Source: an uncultured Anaerolinea sp.
GTDB taxonomy: Bacteria > Chloroflexota > Anaerolineae > Promineifilales > Promineifilaceae
DNA: 64,000 nt
Direction of reading: 5' to 3'
Assembly: GCA_964504445.1 (NCBI GenBank)
Contig: CAZDEO010000003.1
Span: 21,690-85,689 of the forward strand
Shown piece after piece: positions 1 through 8,739 of the stretch. Below the pieces are notes generated by a model that was not told the origin of the DNA, did no database searches, and saw nothing but the letters and a program-made list of their open reading frames with translations. Each line of letters starts with the position of its first letter. Position 1 is the first letter of the stretch. Position numbers and translations under genes: made by a program.

Positions 1-467
1 CTGATTTCGATGTTTTCGGCAATGGGTTCCTCAGAGAGGTCGAGCATGTGGGAGCTGTAAAGGGGGATGCCGTGAACCTTGTAGAAGGCTTCTCCGGCGT
101 CCAACATGCCATCCACCCAGGGCAGCAGCTTCTTGGCAGCGTGGTCGGTGTGTAAAATGACGCGGGTGCCGTAAAGGGCGGCGACCTGGTGCACGTGGTG
201 CGCTCCGGAGACGGCTCCGGCAACGGCCGCTTGCTGGTTGGCATTGTTTATGCCCTTACCGGCGAAGAAGACGGCCCCACCGTTGGAAAATTGCAAAATG
301 ACGGGGGAGTTGACATCGCGGGCTGTTTCCAGCACGGCGTTGACGCTGTTGGTGCCCACCACGTTGGCGGCGGGTAGGGCGTACTGGTTAGCTTTGGCGT
401 GGACAAAAATTTCTTGTACCTGGTCGCCGGTGACGACGCCCGGTTGGATATGACTGATTCCAGACAT
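1..467 (-). CDS. fba: Fructose-bisphosphate aldolase, class II (5' part; 3' end lies outside the window)
   Basis: Missing from the ORF track because it is open at the window edge. The reverse strand from ATG 467-465 reads MSGISHIQPGVVTGDQVQEIFVHAKANQYALPAANVVGTNSVNAVLETARDVNSPVILQFSNGG...GAHHVHQ...ILHTDHAAKKLLPWVDGMLDAGE. This is colinear with E. coli-type class II FbaA. AGGAG lies 8 nt upstream of the ATG. Confidence 0.9.
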   Translation of the reverse strand, partial: MSGISHIQPGVVTGDQVQEIFVHAKANQYALPAANVVGTNSVNAVLETARDVNSPVILQFSNGGAVFFAGKGINNANQQAAVAGAVSGAHHVHQVAALYGTRVILHTDHAAKKLLPWVDGMLDAGEAFYKVHGIPLYSSHMLDLSEEPIAENIEI

Positions 468-623
468 AGTAATTTCTCCTAAATTAAGGGTAAGAAGGTT
501 TATCTATGGCAACTATATCAAAAATTTAGCCGACGATCATGGTTGAATTTGCAATGGTTGGTGCAGAATCGTTTGCCCTTCGTTTTTGCCCTGGCGCAAT
601 TCCCGATACAATGGGATGGTAAT

Positions 624-659
624 AATTGTTTGGTTCTTTGGGATCTCATGGGGTTGACA
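624..659. repeat. Left terminal inverted repeat of the ISL3 element (imperfect)
   Basis: aattgtttggttctttgggatctcatggggttgaca aligns with the reverse complement of the right end, acaattggttctttaggaaattagggggtacacc. The GGTTCTTT core is identical and about 12 of the next 20 positions match. Confidence 0.55.
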
Positions 660-672
660 GCACATATGGGTG

Positions 673-1332
673 TCAGGCGATGAAATACCGATACCCATTC
701 AGGTCCAGCCACAGACGCTGAAACAGACTGTCAACGCGCTTGAGACCATAAGAACGTCTCGTGATCGTTTTCAATTTATTGTTGACCCCCTCGACAAAAC
801 CACTGTTGGCGCGTTTGTCAAAATAGTTGGCAATCTCAGCCAGATGGTTGGTGAGGGTCTTGAGAAATTTGTTAAAACAGGCGAGTGCACGGCGCTTGAC
901 CTTAGCAGCCCATTTTTCTAATCGTTGCCGTCCAACGGTCAGGCTCAAGTCCATGTTGAAGATAGCCGTTAGCTCTTCACGCAGAGTATAGGCTTGATGG
1001 AGTGCTGGTGCATATTGGAAAAGGTGGCGCAACCGCACCTTATCATCATCATTAAGATTGGCATAGTTATGGCGCAGTACCCAGTGCATGCCGTGGACAA
1101 CTTCCTTGTAGGTTGATTCAGGTAATTCCTGCTTCAAACGGTGCAGTTCCTTTTTGCGTAGTTTGTCGAACTCTTCCCGGTAGTTCTTAGCCACATGGAA
1201 GCGGTCAATCACGACCCTGGCTTTGACGACCGGATGAGCCGCAATAAAATCGGCGATAGCTCTCAGATAGCCATCCCACATATCGGAGCAAAAGGTATGG
1301 ATGGTGGGATGCAGCCGTTGTGGAATCGTCAT
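673..1332 (-). CDS. ISL3-family transposase, C-terminal (DDE) segment
   Basis: 219 aa. The run TFCSDMWDGYLRAI...VIDRFHVAKNY...NSGFVEGVNNKLKTITRRSYGLK is typical of the ISL3 DDE domain. Its reading frame continues upstream through the A8 run as KKKTVSEFLMTIPQRL. Confidence 0.85.
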   Translation of the reverse strand: MTIPQRLHPTIHTFCSDMWDGYLRAIADFIAAHPVVKARVVIDRFHVAKNYREEFDKLRKKELHRLKQELPESTYKEVVHGMHWVLRHNYANLNDDDKVRLRHLFQYAPALHQAYTLREELTAIFNMDLSLTVGRQRLEKWAAKVKRRALACFNKFLKTLTNHLAEIANYFDKRANSGFVEGVNNKLKTITRRSYGLKRVDSLFQRLWLDLNGYRYFIA

Positions 1333-1979
1333 CAGAAACTCGCTAACTGTCTTTTTTTTCGATTCGGCAACACGGTCAGGATGATGACGGTGCCATCATC
1401 CTGACGGGCAGTGACCACGGCTCGATAGCTCTTGCGCCCTTTCTTATGGGCTACTTCGTCAATACCGATAGTGCCCAAGTTCTGGACTTCGTCCCAGTTG
1501 ACTTCCTTGTCAACCTGTCGTTCCAGCGCCCCCAGAACCGCATCGTAGCCGAGGTTTTCTTTGAGACTGACATCGGCCACGGTGCTGCCAACGAGCAGTT
1601 TCATCAAGTACCGGTCATAGGCTTTGGTATGCGGACTGCGTTGGTCATACCATTTCAATGTCTGGGTCGTCGTCGGCTGATGCTGGCAAGTTGGACATTG
1701 GGCGCGTTTGGGACGAATGACAATGTAGGTTTCTTGCCCTAAGATGGGCAAATGGCGTAGGCGTAACGCCTGTCCCACACCATAATTGCAGGTGATTTCT
1801 TGTTTGCAGACGCCGCACTTCGTTGTTTTACGGCGGCTTTCAACCGTAATGATGAATTTATTTTCCCGTGTTTGCTTGGTCGCAAGCACATCAACTTGTG
1901 GAATATCCAGGGGAAAACTGATTTTGGCAGGGGAAGATATGGGCATCGTTTTTACTCCGTTTGTGAAAATGACTTCCAT
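1332..1979 (-). CDS. ISL3-family transposase, N-terminal (zinc-finger/HTH) segment
   Basis: 215 aa with CGVCKQ...CPTCQH zinc-finger-like pairs and a DEVAHKKGRKSYRAVV motif. It ends ...VLPNRKKRQLASF* directly after the A8 run (T8 on the + strand at 1352-1359). The TGA overlaps the ATG of the next ORF by 1 nt. Confidence 0.85.
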   Translation of the reverse strand: MEVIFTNGVKTMPISSPAKISFPLDIPQVDVLATKQTRENKFIITVESRRKTTKCGVCKQEITCNYGVGQALRLRHLPILGQETYIVIRPKRAQCPTCQHQPTTTQTLKWYDQRSPHTKAYDRYLMKLLVGSTVADVSLKENLGYDAVLGALERQVDKEVNWDEVQNLGTIGIDEVAHKKGRKSYRAVVTARQDDGTVIILTVLPNRKKRQLASF

Positions 1980-2000
1980 TCTACCTCACCACCATATCTG

Positions 2001-2034
2001 GGTGTACCCCCTAATTTCCTAAAGAACCAATTGT
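2001..2034. repeat. Right terminal inverted repeat of the ISL3 element (imperfect)
   Basis: See the left repeat. ggtgtaccccctaatttcctaaagaaccaattgt is the inverted partner of 624-659. Confidence 0.55.
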
Positions 2035-2056
2035 TTTTAGGACGAAAAGGAGAGCC

Positions 2057-3370
2057 ATGAGCAAACAGATACTCGTCATTGGCGGCGGACCGGCAGGCAT
2101 TGAGGCTGCCCGCGCGGCCGCACTGGGGGACACGGCCGTTACCCTCATCACCAATGCCCCCGTGGGCGGGCGCGCTGGCTGGCACAGCCTGCTGCCCAGC
2201 AAAGTGTGGCTGACCGCCGCCGACGCCCTGGCCGTGCCCGGCACAACACCGCCCACGCCCCGCGAAATCCTGGCGCGCATCCGCCAGGTGAAAGAAAGTT
2301 GGAACGAACAGCAGCAGGTTGAACTGACCGCCCTGGGGGTGCAAATTGAGACCGCCACGGCCGAATTTAGCAGCCCCACTACGATGACCCTCAAAGACCA
2401 GGGTGGGAACGTCATCGGCGAACGCCACGCCGACGCCATAATCGTCGCCACCGGTTCCGTGCCCGTATTCCCGCCCAACATGAAGCCCAACGGCCGGCAA
2501 ATTATTGCCCCGCGCTTTGCCAGCGCTCTGGACACCCTGCCCGCCTCCATGCTGGTGGTAGGCGCGGGGGCCACCGGTGCGGAGTTTGTCTACCTTTTCA
2601 ACCGTCTGGGCGTGGCGGTGACCTGGATTATTGATCAGTTTGGCGTCTTGCCGGGCTTTGATCGAGAGGCGGCGGCCTTTTTAGCGGACGCCCTGGCCCG
2701 GCGTGGCGTGGAGTTGGTTACCGGGCAGCAGGTTGAAAGCATGGCAACCTCTGACCAAGGGGTAACGGCCGTACTCACCGACGACAGTACTCATTTCGCC
2801 GAGAAAGCCTTTTTGGCTATTGGCCGCAAGCCCGACGTGGCCGGGCTGAATCTGGTAGCCGCCGGATTGGGCAGCGTGGTGGTGGATGAATACGGCCGTT
2901 CCGCGCAGCCCCACATTTACTTTGTGGGTGACGTTACTGGCGCGCCGATGATTGTCAACAAAGCCATGGCCCAGGCCTGGGTGGCCGGGCAGCATGCCGC
3001 AGGGCTGACTCCTGCCCTTGCCCCGTCAGAAACCGTCATCCGCGCCATTTACAGCGAGCCGCAGGTAGCAGAGGTAGGGCAGGTTCACGGCGCAGGTATT
3101 GCCTCAGCGCAGGCCCCGTTTACGGCGGGGCTGAAGGCCCATTTGCTGCCAGAAGGGCAGGGTTTTGTCAAAATAGGGTATGCGGTGGGAGACGGCCGTA
3201 TCACCGGCGCCGTTGCCGTTGGCCCCCACGCTGCCGATGTGGTGGCGCCTATTGCTGTGGCCTTGCGCGGCGGGCTAACCCTGACCCAATTTGGCGTTCT
3301 CTATGGCGCACACCCCACCATCACCGAACTGGCCTTCACCGCTGCCCGCCTCGGCGTAAACCAACCATGA
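2057..3370 (+). CDS. FAD/NAD(P)-binding oxidoreductase of the dihydrolipoamide-dehydrogenase (class I pyridine nucleotide-disulfide oxidoreductase) fold, lacking the redox-active CxxxxC
   Basis: 437 aa. N-terminal GGGPAG dinucleotide-binding motif, a second GAGATGAE motif, and a C-terminal dimerisation-domain HPTITE. The usual GGTCLNVGCIPSK is replaced by GGRAGWHSLLPSK. GGAG RBS upstream. Confidence 0.75.
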   Translation: MSKQILVIGGGPAGIEAARAAALGDTAVTLITNAPVGGRAGWHSLLPSKVWLTAADALAVPGTTPPTPREILARIRQVKESWNEQQQVELTALGVQIETATAEFSSPTTMTLKDQGGNVIGERHADAIIVATGSVPVFPPNMKPNGRQIIAPRFASALDTLPASMLVVGAGATGAEFVYLFNRLGVAVTWIIDQFGVLPGFDREAAAFLADALARRGVELVTGQQVESMATSDQGVTAVLTDDSTHFAEKAFLAIGRKPDVAGLNLVAAGLGSVVVDEYGRSAQPHIYFVGDVTGAPMIVNKAMAQAWVAGQHAAGLTPALAPSETVIRAIYSEPQVAEVGQVHGAGIASAQAPFTAGLKAHLLPEGQGFVKIGYAVGDGRITGAVAVGPHAADVVAPIAVALRGGLTLTQFGVLYGAHPTITELAFTAARLGVNQP

Positions 3371-4059
3371 CCACCGGAACCATTCTCGTCGTCGAAGACG
3401 AAATTAGCATTCAGAACGTCTTGCGCACTTACCTGGAAAACGGCGGCTTTAGCGTGCGCTGCGTAGATAACGGGCTGGATGGCCTGGAAGCGGCGCGCCA
3501 GCTTCAGCCCGACTTAGTCATTCTGGACTTGAACCTGCCCGGCATGGACGGCATGGAATTGGCGGCCCGCCTGCGCCAGGAATCCGACGTGTACATTCTG
3601 ATGCTCACTGCCCGCACTGAAGAAAGCGATCGGGTAGCCGGGCTGCGCATCGGTGCAGACGATTACCTGACCAAACCTTTCAGCCCCCGTGAAATGGTGG
3701 CTCGCGTGGAAGCGATTTTGCGCCGTCATCGCCGAGCCGCGCCAGCTTTGCGCCGCTATGATTTCGCCCATCTCACCATTTACCCGGATAGCCATGAGGT
3801 GCAAAGCAGCCAGGGGGAGCTGATTGAGATGACGGCGACGGAATTCCAGGTGCTGCTTGAATTGGTACGCCATGCCCAGCGCGTGCTCACCCGTGAACAA
3901 TTGATTGATCGGGTGTGGGGCGGCAATTTTTTCGGTAATGACCGCGTGGTAGACGTGTATGTTGGCCAGGTGCGGCGCAAACTGGAGCAGGCCACCGGCG
4001 AACCGCTGATTCAGACGGTGCGCGGCGTGGGATACAAATTTGTGGACGAGGCAAAGTAA
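3367..4059 (+). CDS. OmpR/PhoB-family response regulator
   Basis: 230 aa. Receiver domain (VVEDE...DLVILDLNLPGMDG...ADDYLTKPF) plus a winged-helix output domain (...VRGVGYKF). The ATGA start/stop overlaps the upstream gene. Confidence 0.9.
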   Translation: MTTGTILVVEDEISIQNVLRTYLENGGFSVRCVDNGLDGLEAARQLQPDLVILDLNLPGMDGMELAARLRQESDVYILMLTARTEESDRVAGLRIGADDYLTKPFSPREMVARVEAILRRHRRAAPALRRYDFAHLTIYPDSHEVQSSQGELIEMTATEFQVLLELVRHAQRVLTREQLIDRVWGGNFFGNDRVVDVYVGQVRRKLEQATGEPLIQTVRGVGYKFVDEAK

Positions 4060-4062
4060 GCG

Positions 4063-4124
4063 GGTTACAGGTTGCAAGTTACGTGCAGTCTATCCATGTA
4101 ACCTGCAACTTGTAACGTGTAACG
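4063..4124. repeat. Heptamer-phased inverted repeat block (GTTACAR/GTTGCAR family) forming a hairpin
   Basis: The units ggttaca ggttgca agttacg are followed by a 14-nt spacer and then gtaacct gcaactt gtaacgt gtaacg. The arms pair over about 19 bp with 2 mismatches. The block lies between the response-regulator stop and the kinase start. Confidence 0.8.
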
Positions 4125-4128
4125 ATCA

Positions 4129-5232
4129 ATGAAATTTTGGCGACAATTACGCTGGCGCATTGTGGGCGCTAACATGGCCGTCATCGCTGTGGGCGTGACT
4201 CTGGTGGTGCTAATGGCCTACCTGCTCACCCAGGGCTACGTGCCGTTGGCTGTGCAGGTAGCCGTACGCGAAGCTGCCGAGTCTCCGGAGGCTAGCACGA
4301 CTTTGCTGGACACCTTTCGGCGCTCTATTTTTACGGCCGTGGCCGTGGCCGGACTGGGCGCGCTCATTGTGGGGCTGGCGGGTAGCATCTGGCTGGCGCG
4401 GCAAATTTTACGGCCGTTGCACCAAATTGCCCATAGCAGCCAGCGCATTGCCTGGGGGCATTACGATGAGCGGGTAGCGGTGCCGGCCAGTGACGAGCTT
4501 AGCGTTATGGCGACCAATTTCAACCAGATGGCTGAGACCTTGGAGCAGGTCGAGCAGCGCCGCGTAGCCCTGATCGGCAATGTCTCGCATGAACTGCGCA
4601 CTCCTCTCACGGGCTTAGAGGGCTATCTGGAAGGGGTCATGGATGGGCTTTTCCCCAGCGACGAAGAGACTTACGCCATCATGTACAGTGAGGTGCGCCG
4701 CATGAAGCGGTTGGTGGACGATTTACAGGCGCTCTCGCGGGTGGAGGCGGGGCAAATTTCTCTGCATTGGGAAGAATTTGACCTGACCGAGCACGTGCGG
4801 CGGGTGGTACAGCAGATCCAGCCCCAGGCGGAGGCGCAATGTTTGCGGGTGTTGGCTAATGGCTCTGATGCCCTTATTGTGCGGGCTGACCCTGACCGCA
4901 CGGCCCAGATTTTGCTAAACTTGCTTAGTAACGCTATGCGTTACACACCGGAGGGGGGATGTATTCAGGTGCAGGTAACGGCCGTAGCCCGCACAGCTTG
5001 GGTAGAAGTGCAAGATAATGGCATCGGTATCCCGTCGGAATCGCTTTCCTACATTTTTGAGCGCTTTTATCGTGTAGATTCATCGCGGGCACGCAAAAGC
5101 GGCGGCAGCGGCATTGGCCTGACCATTGCCCGCCACCTGGTCTGGGCCATGGGCGGCGACATCAAGGCGGCTAGTGCCGGTGTGGGGCAGGGCAGCACTT
5201 TCACTTTTTCCCTTCCCCTGGCGCATGGGTAA
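4129..5232 (+). CDS. Sensor histidine kinase (TM, HAMP, HisKA, HATPase_c)
   Basis: 367 aa. It has an N-terminal TM segment, an H-box SHELRTPLT, an N-box LLSNAMRYTP and G-boxes DNGIGI and GGSGIGL. Confidence 0.9.
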   Translation: MKFWRQLRWRIVGANMAVIAVGVTLVVLMAYLLTQGYVPLAVQVAVREAAESPEASTTLLDTFRRSIFTAVAVAGLGALIVGLAGSIWLARQILRPLHQIAHSSQRIAWGHYDERVAVPASDELSVMATNFNQMAETLEQVEQRRVALIGNVSHELRTPLTGLEGYLEGVMDGLFPSDEETYAIMYSEVRRMKRLVDDLQALSRVEAGQISLHWEEFDLTEHVRRVVQQIQPQAEAQCLRVLANGSDALIVRADPDRTAQILLNLLSNAMRYTPEGGCIQVQVTAVARTAWVEVQDNGIGIPSESLSYIFERFYRVDSSRARKSGGSGIGLTIARHLVWAMGGDIKAASAGVGQGSTFTFSLPLAHG

Positions 5233-5370
5233 GCACATTGTCAGAAAAGAATTTCGACTTTCCCGGAAGTTAAGAAAGCGCGGCTTCTGGGAAAGTTAGA
5301 CGTTTTGCCGGTGACGTACGCAGAAAAGTTTGTTATTCTTTGCCTGGCTTTGTCTGGCGAGGTTTTTCTC

Positions 5371-5778
5371 ATGGCTTATTCCATTTTGGTCGTTGATGAT
5401 GAGCGTGTTGTTCGCCGTGTTTTGTCAATCATGTTGACTCAGGCTGGTTGGCACGTCGATCAGGCTGCTGATGGATTTGAAGCGATTCTTATGGTTCAAA
5501 CAAAACAACCAGATGTGGTTGTTTTAGATATTATGATGCCCCAAATGGATGGATATGAAGTATTACAGGTGCTGCGGAATGAGCCTGAGACTGCTGAGTT
5601 GCCTGTGGTCATTCTTAGCGCCAAAATGGACGATACGGCTATTAAGAAGGGGCTAGATTTGGGGGCTAATCGCTATTTGGTCAAGCCGGTTCGACAGCAT
5701 ATTTTGGTACAAACCATTGAGGAAGTTTTGACGGGGAGGGATTCAGACGGAAAAAGGGAGCCGTTTCCTGATTTATAG
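5371..5778 (+). CDS. Single-domain CheY-like response regulator
   Basis: The listed ORF starts at a non-ATG codon at 5305. ATG 5371 (MAYSILVVDDE...) has GAGG 8-9 nt upstream. Motifs: DVVVLDIMMPQMDG and ...YLVKP. Confidence 0.8.
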   Translation: MAYSILVVDDERVVRRVLSIMLTQAGWHVDQAADGFEAILMVQTKQPDVVVLDIMMPQMDGYEVLQVLRNEPETAELPVVILSAKMDDTAIKKGLDLGANRYLVKPVRQHILVQTIEEVLTGRDSDGKREPFPDL

Positions 5779-8568
5779 TAAACTCACAGGGTCAATATCC
5801 ACAATCCAGCGAGGGGGGATGGGGAAGTCTTGCAGCAAGCGCACGGGGTTGGGGGAACGAATGACGATTTGCCAGCGGTAACGGCCGTCTATTCGGTTAA
5901 AAAATGGCGGCACAGGCCCCAAAATTTCCGTCGCACTCAGCGCTAATTCGCGCACGTGGAGCCTGAGGCCCTTTGCCAACTTTTCCGCCTCTTGGTGCCC
6001 GCGAGCATCCACCGGGTCTACCCACACCAGCTTGGCCATTTGCCGGAAGGGGGGGAGCATGTGCTGTGTGCGGAAGCGAATCTCCTCCAGGTAAAAGCTA
6101 GCAAAGTCATGGTCGGCCGCCGCCCGGATGGCGTAATGCTCTGGTTTGTAGGTTTGAATGACCACCCGTCCCCCGCGCAAACCGCGCCCGGCCCGGCCCG
6201 CTACCTGGGCCAGAATTTGAAATGCGCGCTCCCCGGTGCGGTAGTCAGGCAATCCTAGAGACACGTCGGCCGAAATGACGCCCACCAGGGTCACTAGAGG
6301 CAAATCCAGCCCCTTGGCAATCATTTGCGTGCCCACCAGAATATCTGACTCTTGGTTGATAAAGTTGGCCAGCAGCGTTTCGTGAGTATTGCGCCCGGCG
6401 GTGGTGTCCCGGTCCCAGCGGGTAATGCGCGCTTGGGGCCAGCGCTGCTGCACGCGGGCTTCTACCTCTTCGGTGCCTAAGCCAAAATATTTGATGCGTT
6501 TGCTGCCGCACACAGGGCATTCGCTGTGGGGCGGCTCGCGGCGGCCGCAGTAATGGCACACCAGCATCATGCGTGGGCGATGGTAGGTCAGGGGCATGTC
6601 GCAGCGTGAGCATTGCAGCACATGGCCACAGTCGCGGCACATGATGAAGGTGGCGGTGCCGCGCCGGTTGAGAAACAAAATCGCCTGCTCGTTCCGGTCT
6701 AGCGTTTCGGTGATGGCCTGCTCCAAAGCGCGGCTGAAGATGGAACGGTTGCCGGCGCGCAGCTCCTGGCGCAGGTCCACAACCTGGATGGGAGGCAGAG
6801 GGATGGTGAGGGCGTCGTCGGGGTCGCTGCCCTGACGATGGTATTGACTGGCTATCTTCAGCCGTTGGGCCTGGCTTTCAATGCGCTGGCGATGCCCCAT
6901 GACGCGCTTGGGTAGCTCTAGCAGGTGGTAACGGCCGCCCCGGGCCTGGTGGTAAGTTACCACGTCGGGGGTGGCGGACCCCATGATAACGGTGGCGCCC
7001 ACAATTTCTGCCAGGGCTACGGCCGTTTCCCGCGCATGGTAGTAAGGCGGTGGCACTGGCGGCGACTGCTTGTAGCTGGGGTCGTGCTCTTCGTCTAGCA
7101 CAATGACGCCCAGATTTTCTAAGGGGGTGAACAGGGCGCTGCGTGGCCCTACCACAATATCGAACAAACCCTGCCGGGCGCGGCGCCAGGTGTCGTAGCG
7201 CTCGCCGTCGCTGAGGCGGCTGTGCAGCACGGCTACGCGACCCGGAAAGCGGGCGGCAAAGCGGCGTACCGTTTGGGGGGTCAGGGCGATTTCTGGTACC
7301 AGGACGACGGCCGTTTGTCCCCGCTGCAAGGCAAAATCAATGGCCCGCATGTAGATTTCCGTTTTGCCGCTGCCCGTTACGCCATGAAGCAGAAAAGGAG
7401 CAGGGGGACTGGGGAGTAGTGGCGCATCCGCTTCATTTCTTTGCTCCTCTACTTCAATCATGGCGACCTTAACCCGCCCCCAAACGCGAGCCTGGTCTAT
7501 GGTGAGGGTGGGGGCCGTGGCGGGCATGAAGTCCCGGTCAGCCAGAGGGTCGCGCCACACCTCTTCCGCGCCCAGGCGGATGAGGTCGAGCTTGACCAGG
7601 CGGCGCAAATGGCTGATGGTTGCGCCTGTTTGCGCGTAGATGTCACTGAGCGATAGGGGTTGGGCTGCCTGGGCCAGAAGGGTAAGAATGGCGTGGTACT
7701 TGTTTGCGCCGCGCAGTTCCAGGGCATGGGCAAAGGCATCTTGCGGGGAAATGGCAAGGCTGACGGTTTGAGCACCTGGTGGGGATGTTTCTGAATCCTG
7801 AAAGCCGAAATCGGAAATTGAAATGAGGCCAGCTTCTTGCAGAGCGATCAGGTGACTTTCGTCGGTGCCAGTGGCGGAGAGCACGGCCGTTTTCTGCGGC
7901 AGCGGGTCATCCAGGTCGGCCAGGTGCAGCAGCAGGTCGGCTTGCTTGTTGGCGCGCCCCAGGGTCAGCAGCCCGGCGCGGACGCGGGTAGGTCTGGCTA
8001 TGAGTTCAGCGGTGCGCACTTTTTTGGGGCGGATGCGGGGCGGGTCGAGAATGGTAGCTTTGCGCAAAATTTGGCGATTGGCGAGTTGAATAACGGCCGT
8101 TTTCCACTCGGTTTTGGGCAGTGCCCGCTGAATCTGGCTGCCGCGCAGGTGGCCTTTTTTGCGTAGTAAGTTTATTAATCGCTCTTGTAGGGGGGTTAAA
8201 CGGCCGTTGCCATCCCAGTGAGGGTTAATGTCTACAGTCATGTCAGCCCAGCGCGTCAGCCCGGGGGGCAGCATTAGCCGCAGGCAGTTGTTGAGCGGCG
8301 AAAGGTACTGCTGGCTCATCCACTGGGCCAACGCGATTTGCCACGGTTGTACCACTGGCTCGGGGTCAATGAGGGCGATGATGGGCTTGGTTTCTTCAAC
8401 TGGGGCAGCGGGGCTGAAAGCGACGATGATGCCCTGGGCCAGGCGGCGACCAAACTCCACTTCCACCAGGTGACCGACGCGCAGGGTGTCTTGCAGATCG
8501 CCGGGCACAGTGTAGTGAAAGGTGCTTTCCAGGGGTGCCTCGATGTTGATGACTAATTCTGCAAACAT
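5773..8568 (-). CDS. priA: Primosomal protein N' (replication restart helicase PriA), long form
   Basis: Walker A GVTGSGKTEIY, DEEHD box, and a Cys-rich zinc module CRDCGHVLQCSRCDMPLTYH...CHYCG...CPVCGS. The track start at 8595 is a TTG. The first ATG (MFAELV) is at 8568. A long insert lies between the N-terminal DNA-binding region and the helicase core. Confidence 0.85.
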   Translation of the reverse strand: MFAELVINIEAPLESTFHYTVPGDLQDTLRVGHLVEVEFGRRLAQGIIVAFSPAAPVEETKPIIALIDPEPVVQPWQIALAQWMSQQYLSPLNNCLRLMLPPGLTRWADMTVDINPHWDGNGRLTPLQERLINLLRKKGHLRGSQIQRALPKTEWKTAVIQLANRQILRKATILDPPRIRPKKVRTAELIARPTRVRAGLLTLGRANKQADLLLHLADLDDPLPQKTAVLSATGTDESHLIALQEAGLISISDFGFQDSETSPPGAQTVSLAISPQDAFAHALELRGANKYHAILTLLAQAAQPLSLSDIYAQTGATISHLRRLVKLDLIRLGAEEVWRDPLADRDFMPATAPTLTIDQARVWGRVKVAMIEVEEQRNEADAPLLPSPPAPFLLHGVTGSGKTEIYMRAIDFALQRGQTAVVLVPEIALTPQTVRRFAARFPGRVAVLHSRLSDGERYDTWRRARQGLFDIVVGPRSALFTPLENLGVIVLDEEHDPSYKQSPPVPPPYYHARETAVALAEIVGATVIMGSATPDVVTYHQARGGRYHLLELPKRVMGHRQRIESQAQRLKIASQYHRQGSDPDDALTIPLPPIQVVDLRQELRAGNRSIFSRALEQAITETLDRNEQAILFLNRRGTATFIMCRDCGHVLQCSRCDMPLTYHRPRMMLVCHYCGRREPPHSECPVCGSKRIKYFGLGTEEVEARVQQRWPQARITRWDRDTTAGRNTHETLLANFINQESDILVGTQMIAKGLDLPLVTLVGVISADVSLGLPDYRTGERAFQILAQVAGRAGRGLRGGRVVIQTYKPEHYAIRAAADHDFASFYLEEIRFRTQHMLPPFRQMAKLVWVDPVDARGHQEAEKLAKGLRLHVRELALSATEILGPVPPFFNRIDGRYRWQIVIRSPNPVRLLQDFPIPPRWIVDIDPVSLL

Positions 8569-8739
8569 ACTGCCATTGTAGCGTGTGTGGGGCAAAGCGT
8601 GAAGCGTGAAATGGCGCTATTGCCAATCATTGAGAAAGGAGCCAGGGTTCTTCCCGTGGAGGTTGGTAATACTTGTCAGAATGTGCAGAGCAGATTACAA
8701 ATAGGGGGAGCTTTCATCTGGCCCCTGAGCGCAAACACG

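Larger units (their letters stand above)
620..2040 (-). mobile_element. ISL3-family insertion sequence (about 1.4 kb; ends approximate)
   Basis: Two adjacent ORFs together reconstruct an ISL3 transposase. Imperfect terminal inverted repeats share the core AATTG..GGTTCTTT.GGA...GGGG.T..AC (624-659 versus the reverse complement of 2001-2034). There is no copy of the ACGGCCGT motif inside. I could not identify the target-site duplication. Confidence 0.75.

Noticed and set aside
1952-2574. - strand ORFs of 182 and 187 aa spanning the IS end and the start of the oxidoreductase gene. Similar overlapping ORFs occur inside the regulator/kinase genes (3514-4077, 4210-4901).
   Set aside because: They are antisense to well-supported genes, and their translations are low-complexity with no motifs.
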